Source: Phoronis australis
Taxonomy: Eukaryota > Animalia > Phoronida
DNA: 64,000 nucleotides
Direction: 5' to 3'
Assembly: GCA_002633005.1 (NCBI GenBank)
Contig: NMRA01000205.1
Span: 607,273 to 671,272, forward strand
This document shows positions 53,345 to 64,000 of this stretch, in pieces. The stretch's first letter is position 1, and each line of letters starts with the position of its first letter. Made by a program: the position numbers and the translations under genes. Below the pieces are notes generated by a model, which made no database searches, had not been told where the DNA came from, and saw only the letters and a program-made list of their open reading frames with translations.

Positions 53345-56300
53345 ATGGCTGAAGAACAGGCACTACAAGTTGAAGACTCACCAAAGCACATTTTCCCTGT
53401 GTTTGAATGTGAAATTGTTAGTGTTGTTGTCTACCAAGACAGGGCTGAAGTTACCAGGGAAGTTAATGCAGAACTTGAAAACGGCAGTGTAGAAGTGGTG
53501 ATCAAAGGCCTCTCTGAACATGTTGACTCGGATTCTATTAGGTATGTATATTTAATCTACAATTATTGTCCCAACAAAAAATTCAAGCTCCATTAAACCC
53601 TGGTGAATAAAGTGATTCTTGATTTTTCAACAACTTGCTCCTCTGAGACCACTGGCAGGCTAAACTCGTACTACTAATGTCTTGAACCTTAATCAGACAA
53701 AGAATGGCTTCTGGCATGAGTTTGGGAATAACTGCTAGCTTTCAAGTGCTTTAGTCCATGCGCCATGCCGGTCTGCTGTGACAAGCCAACTTACCGAACC
53801 TGGTCCCAACCAAAGGCAAGTTCTCAATTCTAAAAATCGCAGCTGTCATCAGATTACACCAAGTGCTTTACTGTTTGTTTATCACAAGACAGCCACGTGG
53901 TATATGAGCCCATGACCTTAGCTTGTTCTTTTATGACTCACTGCTAGAAGCTACTTTGTTACCCATTGGACTTGAATGTCGTCGTATGTGCTTTGATACA
54001 GCTCTTATATCCAATACATTATCATGATTGAATTCAACTGTGGCTGCTCACATAATTTTAGTAGTTACTGATCAATTTAATAAGGAATAATTTGACACCA
54101 TTTTCATTACAAATTTGTTTATAAATGGCAGGTTCATAGCGTCTTACAGAAAAATGTTTGTGTATCAAAACTACTGTTTTAAATTGTTTTTACTACTGTA
54201 ACATTGTGATTTTAAAAAGTGGGACCAGTCTTAATTGCAAACATTCAATATAAAGCTCTTTAGTAAGGTGAGAGCTCAAAAATAGNCTTCTGCTCGATCC
54301 AAACTCTTATTTTGTCACCAGTATAGACAAGACAGGTTGGGTTGAAAAAAGTTGAAGTATATTTCTTTCGTCCACTTAAATTTCATGAGTTACTTGAACT
54401 TCCTTCTGCACAACACTAGTAATATGATGGTGACTAATTTCATGGCAGATTTTCTGAAAAATCCATCACGTCTTTAATTGTCTTAAAATCTGGTAGAGTT
54501 TTTAGACAACAAGGTGTAAACAAAAAATCTATTTCTTGTCATTAGCCACCTAATGAGCGATTTGCATTTGAACAAAGTTTGCGCTTATTAGTGTACCCAA
54601 CGAGCTTTTGAAAGCATTGCTCACGTCTTCAAATTGTTCAACCTCAAGGTCCTGCAGAGATGATTTGGATACCATTCTGTAGCTCTCGTGCTATTCTGTT
54701 TTAACTCATAGTTCAAAATGGCAAATAAATTCAGTGGATCGGATGTTCATCTTCGGTTCTTTTTTCCAAGTTATTTATAAGCAGAGAAAACAATGCTCTC
54801 TCTGGCGAAGGCAAAGTTCACTTCAATCTGTGAGTCTGTGGGGACGCTTGACAATCCTTCTTCTGATGCTACTTTCAACAATATAATGAACGGCAAAACC
54901 GCCCACGTCCCAATCTTCAGAAGAGGACTCAAGTTGGCAGCCTACAGCTTGACAATGCCACCTCAGATTCTGTTTGATTTCTCGTTTTTCAAAACTCTGC
55001 TGTTGCCATCTTATAATGCATCATTGAAGAAGACCAGTACTTTCACACCAACGCATGTGGGGTTTCTTGTTATGCTGTGCTGACCTAACGTAATGGTAAT
55101 TGCATTCTGTGCCCCACTCAAAGAATACTTAATTTTGGCATGAATTTCCATGTCCATTGTTTCTGTAGAGTGGAGGGCAAGGGGGCAGCTACTATCACTG
55201 AGGTGACGTACCAAGAGAAGGAGGTAACGAGCAAACAGGAAACCAACCAGAAGCGCAAGGAACTGGAAGACAAATTGAAAGAATTGAACTTGCAGATGCA
55301 ACATTTGGAGAATAAAAGGAGACGGCACGAAAGGCAGAAAGTTATTTTGGATGGTTTGGCTGACACGGTGAAGTCTGGCGGACCCACTCCTACTGAGGTG
55401 AGATGTAGTTGATGCAATTTATCAAAAATCTTGATTGCAGTTTAAAAAGGTGACTGTTTGTGTTTCAATGGTGCTTAGTGCTCTCAAAGTATGGCAACCT
55501 TTTAAATGCTTTTTGTTGCAAACACCTAGTTTAATGTTTTGTATGTTTTACTTAATGTATTTCAGTCTCTGTTCTTTATTTATAACTTGATCTCTCTGTT
55601 ACTTTTATTATGAGGAAATATTACATCAAAATTGTTCGCTTTGTTCATGGTACTATAGATCGTGTCTTGCGAGAGCACACCGGAAAGTTCCATCTGTCCC
55701 GTCATTCCTATCAGCATAGTTGAAATTGTAAGTCGTGATCTATTTTGACAGAAATCTTCTCAGTCTGATTTCCTGAATCCGGAATTTCTTGGAAATGTGT
55801 CCAATTTCCTTGAATTCTACCTGAAGAACGCTACGCATTTGGACGAGCAATTGAGTAGCACCCAGCTTGAAGTAACGGAAGTACATGAAGAAATCAGTGT
55901 GGCACGAGCAGCTCTAGGGAAGCTTGGCGGCTTCGGTGCTCAAACTATTTCAAGGTAGGAAAGGCTGAGTCTTTGTAATTATAGTAATTATGTGTAATGT
56001 GTCAGGGCTTTTGCAGCATTTGGTATGCTCGGGGATTCTATGGATAGCCCCAATTAAGAGAGCTCATAATGAGATGCGGGATTCCCTTGTATCGCAAGAT
56101 ACTGTGGAGCTGCCTCTTAATATCGGATAGTGGAATATCCCAGTTATTGTCATGAAATGTCAAAACAGAATTTCACATATAACCCACAATAGTTAAATAA
56201 CCCTCATGATGTCGTGATTTGTTGTCGTATTGTAAGGAAATGAGCACAATTGATTCTCACCTGCTTATTAGCGTGCGTATCTTCATTTTTTCTATCTACA

Positions 56301-59300
56301 AAACAACTCGATTTATCTGTAGTTCAATTGCACTGCCTTATCGGAACTCAGTGCTAACAGTGAACATTCCTTTTCCTGTTCAGCTGTCTTACTCTCAGAT
56401 TCTCCTCTTAGCTAAGTTGCCGGGAACCTGCCTACTGGAATATCCCACTTATTATCAATAATTTACATCAAAATTGAGCGTATGAAATTCAAGATATAAT
56501 TTGCATGCTCCTAACTATGCTAATGTATAGCAGGAACTAAGCGACAATATTTTTTGAAAATCATCTAATACACTAAAAAGTGCAGTTGTATTCATTGACA
56601 ATTTTAAAAGTGAAAACATACAATTCTGCAAATAGGTGACCTTTGCCCTAATAACGTACCTTGGGGGCTCACATAACTGGTGTCATGCAGTGTTTTTCCC
56701 AAAAATAACGTCACGATACTTACTGGACACGGTTGAACGATTTACAGTGGATCATTTCCGATAGAAATCTTGTTAAAAACATTTGGCAATTTTCAACCTA
56801 CTTTACATCTTCGCTATATGTTGTGTTTCTAATTACTTTGACCAAGCAATCAGAGAGGTTAGGAATTAGCATGCAAGTTCCACTTTCTACTGTAGTTTTA
56901 ACGGACTGCGGATAATGTTATGAACTATCTTTGGACATCCCCTCATTTGTTTTGGCTTCTCAAGTCTCGTCTTGAGTGGGATATTTTATTGTCTCGGCTA
57001 TCGTCTCAATTTTGCTTCGGTATCATCTCAGTTGGCAGTTTGACTTCACAATGACTAGGGAGTGGGCAATGTAATAGTCTTGTTGTTGAGTCGCGTAGAA
57101 TTTTTCATCGCTCGTCATTCGTTCAGCTGGTACCCACTTTCCCACCTTACACGCGGTTACCCAAGTATTGCATTGGTCAACATTAGGTCAGGATATTCAT
57201 TTTTTAATTGCAGTTCCTTTAATCTAGTATCTGTGCAAAATCAATCCACCGCATGCAGGGTACTTCGTGGAAATAATCTGTGATATGGCCATCTGCAGCA
57301 TACCAATAAAAGTGGCTTTTTTAAACACAGGGCTCGATTACACTTTGTCACCTAACGATGGTCATCATCCAACTGTCAATTTTTACCTGTTCTGTGTTCC
57401 TCGTGGTATGTTGTACTTCTGTGCTGAGAGACTTGTTTAGTGTATTGTGATGACATTGTGATTGAATATTGCATTGTGGTGTTGCAAACAACGAAGACGT
57501 TTTTGCAGTGCGGTTTCATTGTAGCAAAGTTGCAGCTGAAGGAATTGGTATAGTAGTTGCAAAGTGTTTCCGACAATATCTTGTATTTGTGTTGTAGAGA
57601 GTCCAGTATCTTGTTGGATGTTCACGAGGCAGGCGAGGTCACGTTGCTCATCTCATACGTTGTCCATAACGCGCAGTGGACGCCGAAATACGACATTCGG
57701 GCGTTCAGTGATCAAGACACCTTGAAGGTAGTTTTTGAATGCTCTCCGTCACTTTCAAAAAAATCTATAAAGTGGCAAAGTCAAGTTAAAAAATCTGTCT
57801 TCCATCTGGTCTAAAGTTTGTCGTGGCAAATCTACCCTCAAAAGCAGTCAGTATATAGTTACTTGTCGTTAGATTTCCTTCTTGGTGCACAAAATCTTAC
57901 TCGACGTGTCAAGACATCTTGTTAAGCCCCTTAAGTCTTAAGTAACAGGTTACTGTATGTTCTTTCCAAACCCAAAAGTCACCTGATTTTCAGTGAGGTC
58001 ATAAGGCTTGACCAGGGGACTGTTTTTTGAAAATTGACTGGAGACTTAATTAAGACAGTGATTTGTTCTTTCACTCACACCTCACATTCGCTTAATAAAG
58101 GTTTAGCCAAGTAATTACGAGTGCATCTCAGTCTAGAATACTTCTTAGAAAATGTTTCAATAACTAACATTTCTGCCTATATTGTTAGTCGGTGAATTTC
58201 CCATTCTCCGTAATGGAGACCTTGGGTTACCGCTGTGTCGTTATTAGTTTGCCAGTGATATCAAGGGGAGAAAGTTGGCAAACCAATGTTAATGTAGTCC
58301 AGTGCTGTGTTGTTCTGCGTTTGTCTGATAAGCTCAGGTAATCCAGCAATTATGTTGTAAATAGCACGCCTGACACTAACCGATATTTAAAAAATACTAT
58401 TTTGCAAACGACATTCAACAAATTTAGTAAAGAAGAGGTTTTTTTCTGTCGTGCCATTAACAAACAAACGTCGAACAAGGGAAACAGAATTTGACTTTCA
58501 AAGAGATTAGACTTAACCGTGCTGATTCATAAATGTGTGGAATATTCTTCCACATGCAGGCGTTCTGTTAGTTGCGATTTAGTTGCTTTTCTTTATGTAG
58601 ATTAATGTTAGCAGCATTTTGATAGCGGGTGTGTGTGTGTGTGCGTGTGCGTGTGTGTGCGTGTATGCCACACATGGCATACTGGAGCATTTTGGGTTTT
58701 TCCGCTGGAAATTTTAATCTACATGTAGACCTACTTCATGTAAGGAGATTTGTCATAATCCATTTTAACCACATGTTGCTCAGTGCAGTGCAGGAAATGT
58801 GTTTGGAGTAGTAAGTTATAGGCCTACCACCTGAACTTAAATAATGGAAAAAGGAGATAAATAGTGGTCAACATCACCACGTTCAGAAAAATCTAGTTCC
58901 CAAATTTGTTCCACAGCTCGAGTGCCTCGCTACAGCTTTAACATAGTCCTAGAACATCTGAAGTTGTGTGGATTCCAGCCACCAGGCCCAACTTAGGAAG
59001 TAATATGTCTGTGTTGGCCTGACCTCTGACCCGCTTAACCACAGCATTGCATATCATGGCAATAGGCTTGTTTTCCAAGTTTAATCGATGAATCATGGTG
59101 ATTCTAGGTCAGATCCCTGAATTGGAAATTTGTTGATGGTTTTAACAGGGCAAGGGAATGTTATGTAACTTTCTTGTGTGTACACACTATTTGTTGCTCA
59201 GGTGCAGTACCATGGGATGATACAACAGTCAACGGGAGAGGAATGGACTGATGCCAAGATTTCTCTGTCCACAGCTACACCAAGTGTTGGTGGCACTGTA

Positions 59301-62300
59301 CCCGAACTGGGCACTATGAGACTGCAGTTCCAAGAGGATCCCATTGTGACGAAGCGGCGGTGAGTTGTCATTTTAATCCGATCATTTGCATTTGCAGTCA
59401 AATGATGTATATGCATAATTACATAACAGGCAGGCTTAGTCAATAGCTTTCTGCAGGTGCTCTAGTTTTGCACCCATTATCCATAAGTCTGAGTGTGCAA
59501 ATTGCAGTCGTCTTTTTCTGATTGTCTGCCGTCTGCCTGTCTTTCTCTTCTTAAAATTCCATGAAATTTGCCAGACATTAAGGTACAATTTATGGGTGGA
59601 TCCAACTTCTTCATAAGGACAAATAAATTGTTCAAATTTTACCTTCTTTCTGAGTATTTGCAAACCAGATCTAAAAAATTTGTTGGAACCTTCTAACATT
59701 AGATTGTATTGAGAAAGTAACTTCAGTAGTGAAAGTGGTGTCATAGCAGGCCCCCCCCCTCCTCCCATTTATTAATTGTTTAGTTGCCAAACTTGAATTG
59801 TAATTCCCTCTGTTTTTTATCAAAATGTTTTTTATTCTTCCTACTGCTGCTCCCACTGGTTAATAACAGATTTTTCTAATTTTGCCACTTTTATTCAAAT
59901 TGAGGTTTACCGCAGTCAAGCAGTTTTTGTTTTATGTAATGAATTTCAAAAGATGACTTCAATGAGTCTTGGTGCAACTCTGTCAACTGTAGCGCACTCA
60001 AGCATATGTGCTGCACGAATTTGAAAAATCAAAAACCTTGACGTCCTGTCCATAGTCCCTCTGACCTTGACGTCCTGTCCATAGTCCCTCTGACCTTGAC
60101 ATCCTGTCCATAGTCCCTCTGACCTTGACATCCTGTCCATAGTCCCTCTGACCTTGACATCCTGTCCATAGTCCCTCTGACCTTGACATCCTGTCCATAG
60201 TCCCTCTGACCTTGACATCCTGTCCATAGTCCCTCTGACCTTGACATCCTGTCCATAGTCCCTCTGACGTGGACACTTTAACTTGTTCGCTGATTATCTT
60301 GCAAATGACTTGTAGTTGATCTTTAAGAAATTTCGCTTAGTGACGTTTGGTCACGGCAGACGCTGCCATTAAAGTTTTTGAGAAAATATTACGTCCATTG
60401 ATCATTATCAGACAACTGGGGTAAATGACAAGGTTGCGCCTGCTTTGGTCAATTTTGGAACAAATTTAACTGTTGTCATTTTAATTTTCTACAAGATGTT
60501 CTTTGCTCTCCGATTATCGTCAAGAAACTGCAAATTTTAATTAAACGTGACAAAAGATACAGGATGTTTCAGAACCCATAACAGATTCACGTACCATCAC
60601 ACTCTGTTAGCGGTTTTTGGCTAGATAAGCCTTGTGCTTCCATCCTTGTGGAAGAGATTGTGAATGGGAATTCGATGGCACCAATCAATTTTCAACAGAG
60701 TTTGCTGTTGGCCATTGTTAGTTGTCTATTGATTATTGTCGAAATGTCTCGGCAAATCTTGAAGAAACTTTGATACGAGGAGTAAGGTTGGTATGTGCCA
60801 CTGCCAGCCAGTATTTCCATTGTGAATGTACCATTGAAGTTTCCCTATGACCCACTGTAGTTCCCCTATGGCCCACTGTAGTTCCCCTATGGCCCACTGT
60901 AGTTCCCCTATGGCCCACTGTAGTTCCCCTATGGCCCACTGTAGTTCCCCTATGGCCCACTGTAGTTCCCCTATGGCCCACTGTAGTTCCCCTATGGCCC
61001 ACTGTAGTTCCCCTATGGCCCACTGTAGTTCCCCTATGGCCCACTGTAGTTCCCCTATGTACCACTGTAATTTTTTACTAGATATTTTTCATCCATGATA
61101 GGTCATCCATTTGTCATAATGAATTAACTGATTTTCATGAACTTTGCTCTAGCAGTAGTCGGTTTTCTGAAGATTTCTGCTTTTGTTATTGCTTTGCATC
61201 GCCACTGTCCTGTATTGTTTTAGCTTTGCTTACTTTCAAAGTATGAGAAGGTTATGAAACTGAATGCTTGTTTACCACGTTCATCCAGGTATAGGCCCAC
61301 GGGCTTATTTAGTGGTGTGCTCTTAAAAACAGATCTTGGTTTATACCCGAGCTTTAATTCGGACAGGCCTATCTTGAGATACACTTAGTGGGCATGTAAA
61401 AGTAAACTTTTAGCAGAGTGAAGAGGGTGTGTGTTGGTGAAAAAAAATGTTGACAGTTGAATCCAAAAACTTTCCCCAATTTCATAGGAACGGGACATCA
61501 AAAGCATGACTAAAATAAGTTTTCAGCAGTAGGGAACATTGTCGAGTATTCACTCTACCTGCTTTTGCACTCCAACTTTGGCACACCTGAGCGTATATTA
61601 TTTTTTGTTTCTTCCAAATGTACACCCAAGCATATTGGAATTGACTTTTGGTCCCTAAGCTGTTATTTTCTGAATATACGCCCCAGATAATGTCTGCAGA
61701 AAACTCTGGTATATGGTGGACTAACAAGTATTCGTGCACAACCCTATGGCCTGCTACGAACTTCATACATCAGCCCACGATCCAAAACATAAATCCTGCT
61801 TGCACTTGCAATTAGTGACCATTTGTCTTAATGTTTGCCAAGACGGGTCTGCCAAGATCAACAAAGTGTAAGCAAGAAGACATCGGGGTTGATTTGACCC
61901 ACATAAATAGGCATGAGGGATAGACTTAAACCGAGAGTGTCGGCTTGCAAGTTAAAATAATGGAGAAGGCTTATGGTTGGCTTATCCCCAACCAGATAAG
62001 TCTGTTGGGGTTCCAATATTTGAAAATCTTACGTCCGATTTAATAACATGCTGTTTACTTATTGCTGTTGTTGGTGTGGTTTTTCCCTGCTTTACTCAAA
62101 AATGTTCAGCGAGCATGGCTCGGAGTTGATGTTTGTGTTGTAATGTTGGTGTGTTTCATTTTGGCTTGCTTTTTAGTTTCAGATTTCAATTACGCTGCTT
62201 TCAAAGTGGACGTAACCCTTGTTAAGCATCTTTTGCACTGTCAAGTTCCAACATAACATTGTGCTACATGAAAGAAGTTGTTTGTTTGCTGTGACTAACT

Positions 62301-63196
62301 TGTAGGTTTAAGCCCAAAAGGCAGACAGTCTCCGTAGAAACTGTTTGCTAGGAAGTAAGGGATATCATGACTTCTCACATTGATGCTGTGCTCACGCGTG
62401 GAGAGAGTCACGGAGACTTGGACGAGCGATCGAGCTTGTTGGTCGATACCGCAATAAGCAAGATTGGAGAACGGGACGTGAGAATGATTGTGTTGGTTGG
62501 CTCTCGGCATGCTTCTGCGATGCAAAGCTATGGTCAATCTTAGTTTTCTCTAATGTCATGTTAGTTTTGTGGATATTCAAGTTTCTCACCAAGGTCAATG
62601 TTTCCAAGAGGAAATACACAGCAATTTTGAACTTTGATTTGTTAACAAAAATGTTTGAAATTTGTATTATGGCTGGCATAGTACACTTGGAATGAATAAT
62701 TGAAGGCAATTTTTTCATAAGATGATTAAAAAGAATTATTCAATTGACCAGGATATGATTCACTGTGTTCCAATTCCTTTTTGGTATCGGACCAGCGTAA
62801 ATTTTAAACTTTTATGTAGTATTACTACATGGTTCATAGTTTTATAGTTAAGTCACTGTGCCATGCACCTACCCCCCAATAGGAAGACTGCATATTCGCC
62901 AAGTTAACGTGACATTGCCTGCTTAACTTTCCTGACAGATATTCTTCCAGGCTCACTACAGTAATCAAGGCATCCCATCCAAGCAAGCAATCGCTTTCTA
63001 ACGTCATTGCTAGCTTTTCTTAAGGTCTTCTTAAAATTGCTCTGCATTCAGATCAGGAAGATTTAAAAAGAAGACCATGATGCACAGGCAGCCGCAGGAA
63101 GAACAGCCTTATTTCGGTACTACATTGTTTAGTACTGCGCAGAGCATGATGATGGCTCCACCGGCGCCACCACAAATGATGGAGGCTGTTGCAGAG
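53345..63196 (+). CDS. DUF4140/DUF4139 (F37C4.5-like) protein, 5' part; exons 53345-53541, 55169-55397, 55752-55954, 57598-57727, 59202-59359, 63052-63196; continues beyond the window
   Basis: IVSVVVYQDRAEVTR...IKGLSEHVDSDSIRVEG; coiled coil; LISYVVHNAQWTPKYDIR; IQQSTGEEWTDAKISLSTATPS; all junctions GT-AG and phase-compatible. Confidence 0.88.
58628..58663. repeat. (GT)n/(GTGC) microsatellite
   Basis: gtgtgtgtgtgtgtgcgtgtgcgtgtgtgtgcgtgt. Confidence 0.9.
60035..60268. repeat. 29-bp minisatellite, 8 copies, intronic
   Basis: unit accttgacatcctgtccatagtccctctg. Confidence 0.95.
60838..61069. repeat. 21-bp minisatellite, ~11 copies, intronic
   Basis: unit cccactgtagttcccctatgg. Confidence 0.95.
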
Positions 63197-64000
63197 GTTA
63201 GCAGGATTAGCTGGGAAAAAATGTCAACGGGAGCTAAAAGCATGTTAAACATTCGTTTACAAGAAAGGCTGTTGTTATTGTTACTACTATTATGTACAGT
63301 AAAAATTATTTAGAAATAATATGGCTGAAATTGCAATTTTTCATTTTTAAAGGCTTACGAGTTTATTGAAAATGCTCAAAATTGTACGGAGAGTTGTTTG
63401 ATGTCAATTAGCAACGGAGAGTTTTTGTACAGTAACTATTTTGGTTGACAACTTTGGCAAAATAAAATTCTACATCTCTATCACATTGTGTCCCAAGCTG
63501 AAGATTTTCTATAAGTCATCTTGTGGTGCACAAAGATGGTACATAAGGGCCTGTAATTTGTGTAAATAGCACATTTATTGGACGGTTGAAATATTAATTT
63601 TAGGTGAAGTTTAGGTCCTAGCATTCAAAGTAAAATACTGTCTTAGCCCAATTTGTAGCAATGGACCATACAAAATGTTAACATTAAAATATTTCCTTGT
63701 CTCAAAAAAACCACTGGGCTGCATTAAGTAATTATAATGGATGACATGTTTTACATGTGGTACTCGCCAACTTCGTGCAGTTGTAGGATTATGTCGTATG
63801 AAAGCGTCTGCAGGCGTTGCGTGCATAAAAGATAAACTTTGTTAAACAGAAAATTTAACCAACTAAAACTTCCCACCTACATACAGTGCTGCACTTGGGG
63901 TTTTGGGTGATAGTCCACTAGTCTTGTACTTTATAAAGGAGCAGTTCAGTGTTCAACCCGTGTGTTGCATCATGGGTAAATACCTTAGAATAAGAGTGGT

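Noticed and set aside
59946-61098. Repetitive ORFs (MDRMSRSEGLW..., GHRGTTV..., HCSSPMA...) and a CRISPR-like look
   Set aside because: Intronic 29- and 21-bp minisatellites with no unique spacers and no cas genes, in eukaryotic DNA.

Overview
Eukaryotic (animal, probably marine invertebrate; species not determinable from the sequence) AT-rich genomic DNA with GT-AG introns and many non-autonomous transposons. Genes reconstructed by hand with frame-consistent splice sites: an intronless LRAT/NlpC-P60 (PLAAT-like) gene with a C-terminal glycine zipper (7880-9121,+); a disrupted, internally repetitive acidic ORF (14440-16352,+); the last two exons of ICMT (-); MRPL51 (3 coding exons,+); GOPC/PIST (9 coding exons,-); and, head-to-head with it, a DUF4140/DUF4139 (F37C4.5-like) gene (+) that runs off the window. 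Assembly artefacts are evident: a 2966-nt poly-G next to an N (probably hiding ICMT 5' exons) and two near-identical tandem copies joined by single Ns. The most notable non-genic structures are a 9-bp-TSD foldback (Mutator-like) family present both as a ~0.9 kb element and as 53-57 bp pure-hairpin insertions, a TA-TSD element nested in its right arm that carries a tRNA-like Pol III unit, a six-fold tandem array of the ICMT splice donor, a duplicated NF-kB/CRE module upstream of the LRAT gene, and an old ~1 kb duplication of the GOPC/DUF4139 bidirectional promoter. No new multi-gene system can be demonstrated from the sequence alone.
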